A stretch of 64,000 nucleotides of DNA from an uncultured Eubacteriales bacterium (lineage in GTDB: Bacteria > Bacillota > Clostridia > Christensenellales > UBA1242). The notes below the pieces were generated by a model. It was not told the origin of the DNA and did no database searches. It saw nothing but the letters and a program-made list of their open reading frames with translations. A program made the translations under genes and the position numbers. Within the stretch, counting starts at the first letter, position 1, and each line of letters starts with the position of its first letter. The stretch is from NCBI GenBank assembly GCA_948514155.1, contig CAOQYA010000004.1:855-64854 (forward strand), in the 5' to 3' direction. This document shows positions 18,033-27,633 of this stretch, one piece after another.

Positions 18033-20081
18033 TTGGATCTAGTCATTATTGAAGCACCTGCTAAAAGGGAAACACTTAAAAAATATCTCGGCAGCGGCTA
18101 TGATGTTTTTGCCACTAAAGGCCACATTAGAGACCTGCCTCAAAAGTCTTTTGGGCTGGATATGCACAATCATTTCGAGCCTAAATATGAAATCATGCCG
18201 GACAAGAAGTCGCTTATCTCCGAACTTAAGAGTAAAGCGTCGGGCGCTGAGCATGTTTTAATCGCGACTGACCCGGATAGAGAGGGCGAGGCGATTGCTT
18301 GGCATATTGCAAATGTGCTAAGCCTGCCAGAGAACAAAAAATGCAGAATTCAGTTTAACGAAATCTCGCAAAAGGCGGTGCAGCATGCGCTCACCCAGCC
18401 GCGAGAAGTTGATAAAAAACTTGTGGACGCTCAACAAGCGCGACGCGTGCTTGACAGAATTGTGGGCTACAAACTTTCACCTATTCTTTGCAAGAAGATT
18501 AAGCCGCGCCTTAGCGCCGGAAGGGTGCAGTCTGTTGCGCTTAAACTTGTTGTTGACAGAGAAAAAGAAATTGAAGCGTTTAAGCCGGAAGAGTATTGGC
18601 CGGTGACTGCTTTTCTTGTTAAGAATAATGAGATTTTTAAATCTAACCTTGAAAAAAGAAAGGGCAAGAAATATCTTCCAGCAAAGGAAGAGGAAGCCAA
18701 GATCGTTGTTGACGCTGTCAAGGACGAAAATTTTATTGTGGAAAAAATCAAGCGTTCCACAACAAAATCGCATGCTCCAGCACCTTTCACCACATCAACG
18801 ATGCAGCAGGACGCGCTTAATAAAGCGGGGCTTAGCGTTAAGCGCACCACCAGCGCAGCGCAGCAACTCTATGAAGGTGTGGATGTTGCAGGCGAGGGCA
18901 AGATTGCGCTTATCACTTATATAAGAACAGACTCCACTCGTGTGTCAACAGATGCTCAGAACGCATGCCGCGAATTTGCACGCAAACTTTATGGCGACAA
19001 GTTTGTGCCAGAAAAGCCGAATATCTATGCCAAAAAAGCATCCGCACAAGATGCGCACGAAGCGATTAGACCTATTAACATGAACATAACTCCGGAAAAG
19101 GTGAAAAGTTCGCTTTCGCCGGACAACTATAAACTCTACAAACTGATATATGAACGCTTCCTTGCCAGCCAAATGAGCGAGGCCGTTTATTCGAATGTGA
19201 CTGCAAATATCACCGCCGGTGAATATGAATTTAAATCGGTGGGCAAGACAATGGAATTTGCCGGCTACACTGCGGCATACAAGGAATTTGAAGGCGACGA
19301 GAAACAGGAAATTTCGCGTCTGCCAGCGCTTGAGGAAAAGGAAGCGCTTAGGGCTAAGGAAGTTAAGGCCGAGCAGAAATTCACCAAGCCTCCGGCACGC
19401 TACACTGAAGCGAGCCTTGTTAAAGCAATGGAAGAAAAGGGCATTGGCCGTCCTGCAACATATGCCGCAACAATCATGGTGATAACATCGCGTGAATATG
19501 TGGTCAAAGAGGGCAAAAGTCTGATGCCGACCGAACTTGGACGAAATGTGACTGAATATCTTGACAAGTTCTTTAGTTCTGTTATCAATGTTAAATTCAC
19601 CGCGCACATGGAAAACAGACTCGACGACATCGCAAGCAAAGACGACGACTGGCACGACGTGGTCGATAGTTTCTGGACGGGATTTTCTAAGTTGTTGTCA
19701 GAGTCTGACGCATCAGGCTTCTCACTTAAAGCAGAGCCTGTCGAGACCGACATTGTTTGCGATAAATGCGGACACAAGATGCTACTTCGCGAGGGAAGAT
19801 ATGGCAAGTTTCTTGGCTGCTCAAACTTCCCGGCATGCAGAAATATCATGCCATATGAAGACGAGAAAAAGGTTGTGGGCAAGTGCCCAGATTGCGGCGG
19901 TGATGTTGTTGCAAGAAAGTCGAAGAAGGGCAAAACTTTCTTTTCTTGCAAAAATTATCCAGACTGCAAATTCATGAGTTGGTATCCGACAACTGGTCAA
20001 AGATGCCCAGAATGTAAAGAGCCACTTATCATTAAAAACAAAAAAATAGTTTGCTCCAGTTGCAACTATAAAGAGGCATGA
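18033..20081 (+). CDS. topA: DNA topoisomerase I
   Basis: TOPRIM N-terminus (VIIEAPAKR, TDPDREGEAIAWH), active-site region (YIRTDS) and C-terminal Cys4 zinc ribbons. TTG start with AGGAGG upstream. Confidence 0.95.
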   Translation: MDLVIIEAPAKRETLKKYLGSGYDVFATKGHIRDLPQKSFGLDMHNHFEPKYEIMPDKKSLISELKSKASGAEHVLIATDPDREGEAIAWHIANVLSLPENKKCRIQFNEISQKAVQHALTQPREVDKKLVDAQQARRVLDRIVGYKLSPILCKKIKPRLSAGRVQSVALKLVVDREKEIEAFKPEEYWPVTAFLVKNNEIFKSNLEKRKGKKYLPAKEEEAKIVVDAVKDENFIVEKIKRSTTKSHAPAPFTTSTMQQDALNKAGLSVKRTTSAAQQLYEGVDVAGEGKIALITYIRTDSTRVSTDAQNACREFARKLYGDKFVPEKPNIYAKKASAQDAHEAIRPINMNITPEKVKSSLSPDNYKLYKLIYERFLASQMSEAVYSNVTANITAGEYEFKSVGKTMEFAGYTAAYKEFEGDEKQEISRLPALEEKEALRAKEVKAEQKFTKPPARYTEASLVKAMEEKGIGRPATYAATIMVITSREYVVKEGKSLMPTELGRNVTEYLDKFFSSVINVKFTAHMENRLDDIASKDDDWHDVVDSFWTGFSKLLSESDASGFSLKAEPVETDIVCDKCGHKMLLREGRYGKFLGCSNFPACRNIMPYEDEKKVVGKCPDCGGDVVARKSKKGKTFFSCKNYPDCKFMSWYPTTGQRCPECKEPLIIKNKKIVCSSCNYKEA

Positions 20082-21223
20082 GAAGACCGCCGGTCAACAT
20101 AATTGGCGGAGGCTATGCCGGCTCGGAGGCTGCACTTGCACTCGCTCAAAACGGGGTGGAGGTGCACCTTTTTGATGTCAATAATTTTAGTTATGACGCT
20201 ACCGAAAACACTAAGTTAAATGAAAGAATTAAAAATGAACTGCTTGCCCTCGGCTGCCAAAGCCTGGAGGGCGGAGAAATTGATAATTTATTAAATTTAC
20301 ATGAAAATATCGATAAAAAACTTAAAAATTGCGATAAAATTAAGATTTTTAATGAAAATGTGTGTGAAATCTCTCTTTTAGAGCCCACACTGATTGCAAC
20401 AGGCAGCAAAACATCTGCCCCGCTTTTTTCGCAAATTGAAAACTTTGTGGGCAAACTTAGGGCGCATAAGACGCAGGGCATTTTTCCAAAATTCAGAGGA
20501 AAAATTGAGGGCGCAATCGAGGAAAATGGGCATGCCATTTTGCCACTTGAAAAAGAGAAAGTGAGGGAGGCTTTCACCTTTTTGAAAGGCTTTTCTTCCG
20601 AAAAAGATTGCCTGGAAAAATGGGTGCAGAGCGGCGAGGCTATGCTTAGAGCCAAAGCCTTTCGCCCAGTTATTGCGGGCGGCAAGGTTTATGAAAGCGC
20701 GATAAGGTTAAAAATAGAGGGAGAAAATTTGCTGCTTGAAAATTTTCAAACGGAACTTTCCAAAGAAAATCAGCGCAAACTTTTCGCAATATTTCCGCCG
20801 CTTAGAAATCTTGAAATTGTGGAATATGGCGGGGTGGAAAATTCCACTTTCATTTGCCCCGGCGCGGCTTTGAACAAGCACCTTCAAAGCGTTAAGAATG
20901 AAAGCGTTTTCTTTGCAGGAAAGGTGATGCTTGCAAGCGGACAATTGGAGGCAATTGCCACCGGTCACCTTGCGGCGCTGAACATTCTTAATTACATCGA
21001 CGGCCGCAAACTTGTGACCTTTCCGAAAGAAACGATTGTTGGCAAGTTTGTCGACAAATTATTTTCGTCAGAGGCATTCAAACACAATGATATTTGCTTT
21101 GATTGTGATATAATTAGTTCGGTTGAGGAGAGCGGCGCGCTGGCGCGGCTAAAGAAATTTAAGGAGGAATATAATGCACGAGTTTCGTGGCACAACAATT
21201 TGTGCAGTAAAAAAAGATGGTAA
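20078..21223 (+). CDS. TrmFO/Gid-like FAD-binding protein, divergent and shortened
   Basis: Holds the trmFO slot between topA and hslV. Keeps the dinucleotide loop ([14 protein letters not shown]) and C-terminal blocks ([19 protein letters not shown]). It is ~50 aa shorter than typical TrmFO, and its 3' end overlaps hslV by 50 nt. Confidence 0.6.
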   Translation: MRRPPVNIIGGGYAGSEAALALAQNGVEVHLFDVNNFSYDATENTKLNERIKNELLALGCQSLEGGEIDNLLNLHENIDKKLKNCDKIKIFNENVCEISLLEPTLIATGSKTSAPLFSQIENFVGKLRAHKTQGIFPKFRGKIEGAIEENGHAILPLEKEKVREAFTFLKGFSSEKDCLEKWVQSGEAMLRAKAFRPVIAGGKVYESAIRLKIEGENLLLENFQTELSKENQRKLFAIFPPLRNLEIVEYGGVENSTFICPGAALNKHLQSVKNESVFFAGKVMLASGQLEAIATGHLAALNILNYIDGRKLVTFPKETIVGKFVDKLFSSEAFKHNDICFDCDIISSVEESGALARLKKFKEEYNARVSWHNNLCSKKRW

Positions 21224-21710
21224 AATTGCAATTGCGGGTGACGGACAGGTCACGCTTTCTAACTCCGTCATTTTCAAGAATAACGCAAAAAAGGTGAGAA
21301 GAATTTTCAACGATAAAGTTGTGGTCGGCTTTGCGGGCAGTGTGGCTGATGCCTTTTCGCTCACAGAAAGATTTGAGGAAATGCTTAACAAATATTCTGG
21401 CAATCTCATGCGAAGCAGCGTGGCGCTTGCACAACTTTGGCGAGACGACAAAGTTGCAAGAAAACTTGATGCGATGATGATTGTTGCAGACAAAAACACT
21501 CTTCTTGTGCTTGACGGCACCGGCGATGTTATCGAGCCTCAAGACGAAGTTTGCGCAATCGGCTCGGGCGGAAACTATGCTCTTGCTGCTGCAAAAGCGC
21601 TGAAACAAAACACCCAGCTTTCGGCACACGAGATTGCAACTCGCGCGCTGAAGATTGCCAGCGAAATTTGCGTTTTTACAAATGATAATATCTCGGTCGA
21701 AGAAGTGTAA
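21174..21710 (+). CDS. hslV: ATP-dependent protease subunit HslV
   Basis: [21 protein letters not shown]-terminal Thr-protease signature, with AAGGAGG upstream. Confidence 0.95.
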   Translation: MHEFRGTTICAVKKDGKIAIAGDGQVTLSNSVIFKNNAKKVRRIFNDKVVVGFAGSVADAFSLTERFEEMLNKYSGNLMRSSVALAQLWRDDKVARKLDAMMIVADKNTLLVLDGTGDVIEPQDEVCAIGSGGNYALAAAKALKQNTQLSAHEIATRALKIASEICVFTNDNISVEEV

Positions 21711-21722
21711 GGAGACAAAAAT

Positions 21723-23015
21723 ATGGAATATTCACCAAAAGAGATTGTTAATGAACTTGATAAATACATTATTGGCCAGGCCAAAGCCAAGCGGGCTGTT
21801 GCCATTGCACTTAGAAACAGATATAGAAGAAGCAAACTTTCCAAAGACCTTCGCGAGGAGATAACCCCGAAGAACATTATCATGCGCGGCCCGACCGGTG
21901 TGGGAAAAACGGAGATTGCAAGAAGGCTTGCAAAACTTGTTAAGGCGCCTTTCATTAAAATTGAAGCCACAAAATACACCGAAGTTGGATATGTTGGCAG
22001 AGATGTTGAAAGCATGGTGCGCGACCTTGTTGAAGTGTCGGTGCGCATGGTCAAGGACGAAAAACAGCACGCGGTGGAAAACAAAGTTGCGCCAATTGTG
22101 ACAAGCAAGATTATCGACGCTATCGCTGAGGCAAGAAAAGATAGCGGGCTTTCGACCGATAAATCTGAAATCAAGGCTTCGCTGCTTGAGGGCAAACTTG
22201 AGGACGAACTGATTGAAATTTCTGTCACCGACCAGCCAAAGCCGATGCTTGCAATCGGCGGGCCGGAGATTTCGCTTGGCTCGATGTTTGACGGGCTGCT
22301 TCCTCACAGAAAGGTTAACAAGCGCATGCCGGTGCGCTCCGCGCGTGAGGCGCTCATGAACGAAGAGAGCGAAAAACTTATCGATTTTGACAATGTAAAC
22401 TCAGAGGCCATTCGCCGCGCTGAAGAAGAGGGAATAATCTTCATTGACGAAATAGATAAAATAATCGGCCCAAGCAGCAACAACTCGCAAGATGTTTCTC
22501 GCGAGGGCGTGCAGCGTGACATTCTTCCAATCGTGGAAGGCTGCACAGTGGCAACAAAATATGGAAACATTAAAACAGACTTCATTCTCTTTATCGCTTC
22601 GGGCGCTTTCCATGTTTCCAAGATTGAAGACATGATACCCGAACTTCAAGGCCGCTTCCCAATTCGTGTTGACCTTGATAGTTTGACCGAAGAAGACTTT
22701 AAACGCATCCTTTCGCAGCCAAAAAATGCTGTGACAATTCAATATGCTTCGCTCTTGAAGGTGGACAACATCAACTTAAGTTTCACAGACGACGCACTCG
22801 ACGAAATTGCTGCCATGGCGGCGGCCGAAAATGAGACCAGCGAAAACATCGGCGCAAGAAGACTGCACACAATCATGGAACTATTATTGGAAGACATCTC
22901 TTTCAACGCGAGCGGCTCACATCCGATGCTTGATGTGACAATTGATAGAACATATGTTCAAAATGCATTTAAAGAAACAAAAAGAAAATTTGACCTTAAA
23001 AAATATGTGTTATAG
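21723..23015 (+). CDS. hslU: ATP-dependent protease ATPase subunit HslU
   Basis: [41 protein letters not shown] and [10 protein letters not shown] motifs. Confidence 0.95.
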   Translation: MEYSPKEIVNELDKYIIGQAKAKRAVAIALRNRYRRSKLSKDLREEITPKNIIMRGPTGVGKTEIARRLAKLVKAPFIKIEATKYTEVGYVGRDVESMVRDLVEVSVRMVKDEKQHAVENKVAPIVTSKIIDAIAEARKDSGLSTDKSEIKASLLEGKLEDELIEISVTDQPKPMLAIGGPEISLGSMFDGLLPHRKVNKRMPVRSAREALMNEESEKLIDFDNVNSEAIRRAEEEGIIFIDEIDKIIGPSSNNSQDVSREGVQRDILPIVEGCTVATKYGNIKTDFILFIASGAFHVSKIEDMIPELQGRFPIRVDLDSLTEEDFKRILSQPKNAVTIQYASLLKVDNINLSFTDDALDEIAAMAAAENETSENIGARRLHTIMELLLEDISFNASGSHPMLDVTIDRTYVQNAFKETKRKFDLKKYVL

Positions 23016-23024
23016 GAGGAAAAT

Positions 23025-23336
23025 ATGAAACAGATTAACGCTAATGAATTTGAAGAGGCAGTTAAGTCGGGAGTGACTGTTGTTGACTTCTTCGCAACTT
23101 GGTGCGCGCCGTGCCGCATGATGGGAATAATACTTGAAGAGGTGAGCGAGGAGCATCCAGAGTTTAATATCGTTAAAGTCGATGTTGACCAAAACGAAGC
23201 CTTAGCAAGAAAGTTTGGAGTTATGAGCATTCCAACAATCGTTATCATGCAAGACGGAAAGCAGGTTGAAAAGCATGTCGGCCTCATGCAGAAGGAAGAC
23301 CTTGTTGACCTTGTTAATTCATATATCGATAATTAA
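23025..23336 (+). CDS. trxA: thioredoxin
   Basis: 103-aa thioredoxin fold with active site WCAPC (variant of WCGPC) and the cis-Pro region (MSIPT). Confidence 0.9.
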   Translation: MKQINANEFEEAVKSGVTVVDFFATWCAPCRMMGIILEEVSEEHPEFNIVKVDVDQNEALARKFGVMSIPTIVIMQDGKQVEKHVGLMQKEDLVDLVNSYIDN

Positions 23337-23362
23337 TAAACGAGTGAAAAACTCGTTTTTTT
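23337..23362 (+). terminator. rho-independent terminator
   Basis: Stem ACGAGT/ACTCGT followed by a T-run. Confidence 0.75.
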
Positions 23363-23382
23363 AACTTTTTTCAAAGAGCGTA

Positions 23383-23411
23383 TTGACACCCGGGGTGGGG
23401 AGTGCTATACT
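23383..23411 (+). promoter_or_regulatory. sigma-A-type promoter
   Basis: TTGACA, a 17-nt spacer, then TATACT with a TGC extended -10. Confidence 0.5.
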
Positions 23412-23429
23412 TACCATAAAGGGGAAGTT

Positions 23430-24143
23430 ATGCACAGTTTTAAGGATAACGAAAACACAACAAGCGTGGATAATGTGAATGTAAATATTGACAATCAAGA
23501 AGGAAAAGAGATTGAAGATAGAACTGGATTTGAATTCGAGAATTTTAAGCCATGGATGAAAGCCGACTTTTCGAACGAAAACGAAGAAGACGCTATCGAA
23601 AACTTTGCTCAGAACTGGGAAATTCCTGAGGATATAAAAGCTTGCTACGGGAATTTAGAAGAAGAGAACGAAGCTGAAACTGAGAAAGAAATAATCACAG
23701 ACCCAGAAGAAATCAAGCGTGAAATTGAACAAGCGGAAAAGTGGCGCAAAAGACGAATTTTGAAGAGAAAGGTTGTTGATGTTGCTATAACTAGCGGTCT
23801 TTTCCTAGCAGGAGCCGCATTTGTTGGTGGAGCCATTGGCGCGTTTACTGAAATTTTTGCTGAGGTTGCCGGAAATTGCTATGTAAAGGAAGATTTAAAA
23901 GCACAGGGCATTGAATATAAAGCAGTCAGTGATGGATTTGAGTTCTATAAAGACGACAACTTAAATTATCTTTATGGCACAGTTAAAGATAAATCGGGAC
24001 AAGAATGGGATGTCTACTATGACCTTCGTGGCACAAAGCATGGCAAGATTAAAGACCCTGTCAACTTTGCAAATGCGGCAAGAGAACTTGAGCCAATTGT
24101 TGTTGAGAGAAAAAGAGAAATTCCGGAAGGACTTTCTAGATAA
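23430..24143 (+). CDS. hypothetical single-pass membrane protein with an acidic N-terminal region
   Basis: GGGGAAG SD. D/E/N-rich N-terminal half, one TM segment (VAITSGLFLAGAAFVGGAIGAF) and a ~90-aa C-terminal domain. Own promoter and terminator. Confidence 0.6.
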   Translation: MHSFKDNENTTSVDNVNVNIDNQEGKEIEDRTGFEFENFKPWMKADFSNENEEDAIENFAQNWEIPEDIKACYGNLEEENEAETEKEIITDPEEIKREIEQAEKWRKRRILKRKVVDVAITSGLFLAGAAFVGGAIGAFTEIFAEVAGNCYVKEDLKAQGIEYKAVSDGFEFYKDDNLNYLYGTVKDKSGQEWDVYYDLRGTKHGKIKDPVNFANAARELEPIVVERKREIPEGLSR

Positions 24144-24168
24144 AGAAGGCAAGTCGCCTTCTTTTTTT
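24142..24168 (+). terminator. rho-independent terminator
   Basis: Stem AGAAGGC/GCCTTCT followed by a T-run. Confidence 0.75.
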
Positions 24169-24216
24169 AAATTCTTCATTTTGTGGCAAAAATTAGGGGA
24201 AAATTAAAATTTTATA

Positions 24217-24245
24217 TTGACTTAAACGCTTAAAAGTGATAAAAT
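24217..24245 (+). promoter_or_regulatory. sigma-A-type promoter of nifS-nifU
   Basis: TTGACT, a 17-nt spacer, then TAAAAT with a TGA extended -10. It covers the track's GTG 24236 start, which is therefore rejected. Confidence 0.5.
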
Positions 24246-24268
24246 TAGCGTGTAAAAGGAGATTTATC

Positions 24269-25444
24269 GTGACAAGAAAGGTTTATCTTGATAATGCTGC
24301 AACAACATATGTGTCCGGCGAAGTTCTTAACGAAATGATGCCTTGCTTCAATGTGCTGTATGGAAACCCAAGTTCCATCCACAGTTTTGGAAGAGAAGCG
24401 GCGGCTATCGTTGACAGAGCAAGAGACAGAATTAAAGCGGCAATCAATGCAAAAGGCGCGAACGAAATATATTTCACTGCTGGCGGCTCAGAGTCTGACA
24501 ACTGGGCAATAAAAGGGCTGGCGCATGCTTACTCGAACAAGGGCAAGCACATTATCACATCGAAAATTGAGCATCAGGCAGTTTTGGAGGCGTGTGCCGC
24601 TCTTGAGAAAGAGGGCTTTGAAGTGACATATTTGCCGGTTGACAAATATGGCCTTGTGAGCATCGCCGAACTTATGCACGCCATTAGAAAGGACACAATT
24701 CTTATTTCAATCATGGCTGTTAACAACGAAGTTGGCACAATTCAAAACATTAAAACAATCGCAAAAACTGCGCACGAAAATGGAATTTTGTTCCACACAG
24801 ACGCAGTTCAGGCGCTCGGCGCTGTTAAAATTGACGTTCAAGATATGGAAATCGACGCACTCAGCATTTCGGCTCATAAACTCTATGGGCCTAAGGGCTG
24901 CGGCGCATTGTATTTAAAGAACGGCATCCGCATCGACAGCCTTATCAGCGGCGGAAATCAAGAGCGCGGCAAACGCGGCGGCACGCTCGATGTTCCGGCA
25001 ATCGCGGGCTTCGGCAAAGCGGTTGAAATTGCGGTGAGAGACCTTGCAATCAATCAGCAAAAACTCCGCTCGATTAGAGAGTATTTCCTCTCAAAAGTGA
25101 GGGAGAGAATTGATTACATTCAGGTCAACGGCCACCCACATCAAAAAATTAACGGCACGCTCAGCATTTCCTTCGAAATGATTGAGGGCGAGAGCATTGT
25201 TATGCTTCTCGACCTTGAAGGCGTTGCAACTTCAACATCGTCTGCTTGCACTTCCAACTCGCTTCAGCCGTCTCATGTTTTAAGAGCAATGGGCATTGAA
25301 GACGAGATTGCACAGGGCACAGTGAGATTTTCATTCGGAAAAAATCTTTCGAGAGCGGACATCGACTATGCTGTTGATGTGCTTGAGGGCGCTGTTAAAA
25401 AACTTAGGTCTATTTCACCTATCACAAAAGCAGGAAGGAGGTAA
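24269..25444 (+). CDS. nifS: cysteine desulfurase NifS
   Basis: Class V aminotransferase with the PLP lysine (SAHKLYGPKG) and catalytic Cys loop (SSACTS). GTG 24269 has AAAGGAG 7 nt upstream. Confidence 0.9.
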   Translation: MTRKVYLDNAATTYVSGEVLNEMMPCFNVLYGNPSSIHSFGREAAAIVDRARDRIKAAINAKGANEIYFTAGGSESDNWAIKGLAHAYSNKGKHIITSKIEHQAVLEACAALEKEGFEVTYLPVDKYGLVSIAELMHAIRKDTILISIMAVNNEVGTIQNIKTIAKTAHENGILFHTDAVQALGAVKIDVQDMEIDALSISAHKLYGPKGCGALYLKNGIRIDSLISGGNQERGKRGGTLDVPAIAGFGKAVEIAVRDLAINQQKLRSIREYFLSKVRERIDYIQVNGHPHQKINGTLSISFEMIEGESIVMLLDLEGVATSTSSACTSNSLQPSHVLRAMGIEDEIAQGTVRFSFGKNLSRADIDYAVDVLEGAVKKLRSISPITKAGRR

Positions 25445-25446
25445 GT

Positions 25447-25869
25447 ATGTATAACAAAAAAGTTCTTTCCATTTTTCAAAATCCAAAAAACGCCGGCGGC
25501 ATGAAAGGTGCTAACGGAATTGGCAAAGTGGGCAACGCTGCTTGCGGCGACATCATGAAAATTTATCTTCTTATCGAAGACGGAATTATCAAGGATGCAA
25601 AGTTTAAAACTTTTGGCTGCTGCGCGGCTATAGCTTCAACAGAAGTCGCTTGCGACCTTATCAAAGGCATGAGCATTGAGGATGCTCTCAAAGTTACAAA
25701 CAAACAGGTGTTTGACATTTTGGGAGACCTTCCACCACACAAAATTCACTGCTCAGTGCTTGCAGAGGAAGCAATTAAGGCGGCAGTTGACGACTACAAC
25801 AAAAGATTGGAAAAAGAAAATAAGAAAAACAAAAAATCTGCTGAAACTGAAACAGAAGACGAAGATTAA
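25447..25869 (+). CDS. nifU: Fe-S cluster assembly scaffold NifU/IscU
   Basis: Three conserved Cys contexts (ACGD, FGCCAAIAS, HCS) of IscU-type scaffolds, immediately after nifS. Confidence 0.9.
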   Translation: MYNKKVLSIFQNPKNAGGMKGANGIGKVGNAACGDIMKIYLLIEDGIIKDAKFKTFGCCAAIASTEVACDLIKGMSIEDALKVTNKQVFDILGDLPPHKIHCSVLAEEAIKAAVDDYNKRLEKENKKNKKSAETETEDED

Positions 25870-25895
25870 AAAAACAGCCATTCGGCTGTTTTTAT
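25868..25895 (+). terminator. rho-independent terminator
   Basis: Stem ACAGCC/GGCTGT followed by a T-run. Confidence 0.75.
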
Positions 25896-25983
25896 TTTAC
25901 TAAGTGAGTTTATTGTTTCAAAAACTTAGGATGCTATACATATTTTAACATCTTCTGCCCAAACTAAGTCTGTGGAGGGAAAA

Positions 25984-26157
25984 ATGAAAGATGTTTTAAT
26001 GCTTATGGGCTTTGGAATGGGACTTGTGACCGGCGCACTTTTGTATAAATACAGCCAGCCAGTTAAAGAGGCTGTAAACAAGGGTGAAAAAGCGGTCATG
26101 AAAGAAGTTGACAAGGCCACTCAAAAAGCAAAACAGGTTCAAAAGAAGGCAAAATAG
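25984..26157 (+). CDS. small membrane protein (YtxH-like)
   Basis: 57 aa from ATG 25984, with GGAGGG upstream. One N-terminal TM segment, then a Lys-rich helical tail. Confidence 0.5.
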   Translation: MKDVLMLMGFGMGLVTGALLYKYSQPVKEAVNKGEKAVMKEVDKATQKAKQVQKKAK

Positions 26158-26249
26158 CCTCTCTCTAACAGAAAAAAGGCGGGGAAAATTACGACCTCGT
26201 CTTTTTTTTCATTCAGCAAAAAAAGCAAGACTCTGGCCTTGCTTTCTTG

Positions 26250-26520
26250 ATATCCCGAGCACATGTTTTGTCTAATTTAAACCAACTGCCTCAAATTTTC
26301 CTGGCTCCACCAAAGCTTCCTTATGGCACACGAGTGTATTCCCTTAATGATGCTTCCGTCAGGACCTGACATGGTTCAGGAGCATTCGTTGCATAAGACC
26401 TTGACTTCATTGCCAAAATAGTTTGCACATATTTGACTTAAACTAGCCGAGACATGCGGTCAATCCTGCTGTAGCGGGTTGCAGGTTACAGGGCACCGCT
26501 AACTCCCCATTTAGCTCGGT
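26250..26520 (-). ncRNA. ffs: signal recognition particle RNA, large Bacillus-type (scRNA)
   Basis: The minus strand reads GUCAGGUCCUGACGGAAGCAUC (SRP domain IV). The ends CCGAGC/GCUCGG pair, a GGUGCC Alu-like 5' region is present, length is ~270 nt, and it has its own promoter and terminator (26212-26245). Confidence 0.85.
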
Positions 26521-26526
26521 TTTGTT

Positions 26527-26555
26527 ATTATAAACTATTCGGGCGAAAAAATCAA
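26527..26555 (-). promoter_or_regulatory. sigma-A-type promoter of SRP RNA
   Basis: The minus strand reads TTGATT, a 17-nt spacer, then TATAAT, ending ~7 nt before the predicted RNA 5' end. Confidence 0.55.
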
Positions 26556-26621
26556 GGAAAATTGTTTTTTATTTTTTGTCAAATCTGATAGAATAAGAGT
26601 ATAAAGTTAAGAGGAGAAAAT

Positions 26622-27344
26622 ATGGCTGAAGAAAAAACAAGGGCGGAAAGATTTATCGACGCATTCAACAGCATCGACTATTCGCTCCGCGCCAGATATG
26701 GCCTTAACAGAAGCATGGGCTTTTCCGACCTTATCAGAAAATCGGTGAGCCTTAACTACATCGTCAGAAAATATGAGGACGATTTGATTGACTATGGCCG
26801 TCTTCGCAATGCTATCGTGCATCAGGGCAATAAAGACTTTGTCATTGCCGAGCCGCACGAGAATGTTGTTAATCATATCGAAAAAATCGACAGGCTGATT
26901 AACACTCCGCCTAAGGCGATAGATATCTGCCGCCGTGATGTGCTGACCACTGATGCGTCGGTGTCAATGGAAGATGTGATAAAACTTATTGCCTCTTCGA
27001 ACTATTCGAACATTCCTGTGTATAAAGACGGCGAACTTCTGGGCGTGGCCAACGGTCAAAAAATCTTAAACGCATTTGGCATGTATCTGCTTTCGGGGGG
27101 GAAAGCGCTCACATTCCTTCGCAATGCTAAAATTGAAGACATGCTGACAAAGATTAAAAACTCGGGCTACTACGAAGTGTGCACCACTGAACTAACTGTG
27201 GAAGAGGCACTTTCTAAATTCCATGAAAACCCAAAACTTCTGGCTATTTTGCTGACGAAGAAGGGGGTTGCAACAGACGAGCCGCTGGGAATTGTGACCG
27301 GCGCAGACGCTATCGAAATGAATAAAGTGCTCGACACTTATTAA
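26622..27344 (+). CDS. HEPN-like (Rx4H) N-terminal domain fused to a CBS pair
   Basis: AGGAG-containing SD (GAGGAGAAAA). Residues ~1-90 are helical with RNAIVH (an Rx4H motif, Swt1-like HEPN pattern). Residues ~95-235 form two CBS repeats. Confidence 0.65.
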   Translation: MAEEKTRAERFIDAFNSIDYSLRARYGLNRSMGFSDLIRKSVSLNYIVRKYEDDLIDYGRLRNAIVHQGNKDFVIAEPHENVVNHIEKIDRLINTPPKAIDICRRDVLTTDASVSMEDVIKLIASSNYSNIPVYKDGELLGVANGQKILNAFGMYLLSGGKALTFLRNAKIEDMLTKIKNSGYYEVCTTELTVEEALSKFHENPKLLAILLTKKGVATDEPLGIVTGADAIEMNKVLDTY

Positions 27345-27348
27345 ATAT

Positions 27349-27377
27349 TTGACAAATTAAATTTAAGATGCTAAAAT
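27349..27377 (+). promoter_or_regulatory. sigma-A-type promoter of the ileS leader
   Basis: TTGACA, a 17-nt spacer, then TAAAAT with a TGC extended -10. Confidence 0.6.
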
Positions 27378-27384
27378 AACAAAG

Positions 27385-27625
27385 AAAAGCGTTGATGGAA
27401 GACAACAACTTCTTCTTAATCTTTCAGAGAGTTGCCGGCCGGTGCGAGGCAATAGAAAGGGAAAAAGTTTATCGCTTTCGGAGCTGCGGGTTGAAATCGA
27501 CTTGAGCGAGATTAGGCTTTGCCGGGAGTTCCCGTTATAGGACGGTCGCGTCATGTGCGCGAAGGAGCAAGCAAGTGGTTAACCCTCGGCGGGTCTTGTC
27601 TGCCGGGGGACTTTTGTTTTTTAGG
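27385..27625 (+). promoter_or_regulatory. T-box leader (Ile) with intrinsic terminator
   Basis: Stem I elements are present (UGAUGGAAG GA motif, AGAGAG box, GGUGCGAG distal loop). An AUC triplet sits just 5' of the stem I base pairing (AAAGCG/CGCUUU). The T-box-like AAGUGGUUAACCCUCGGC overlaps the 5' arm of terminator 27583-27622. Confidence 0.75.
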
Positions 27626-27633
27626 AGGAGAAA

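Noticed and set aside
18945-19655. 236-aa minus-strand ORF inside topA, 246-aa minus-strand ORF inside ileS (28108-28848), and similar antisense ORFs in lepA, hslU and comM
   Set aside because: All are antisense to strongly supported conserved genes and have no SD.
23025-23336. Thioredoxin active site WCAPC instead of WCGPC
   Set aside because: The variant is real but probably a benign natural variation. It is not evidence of an unusual system.
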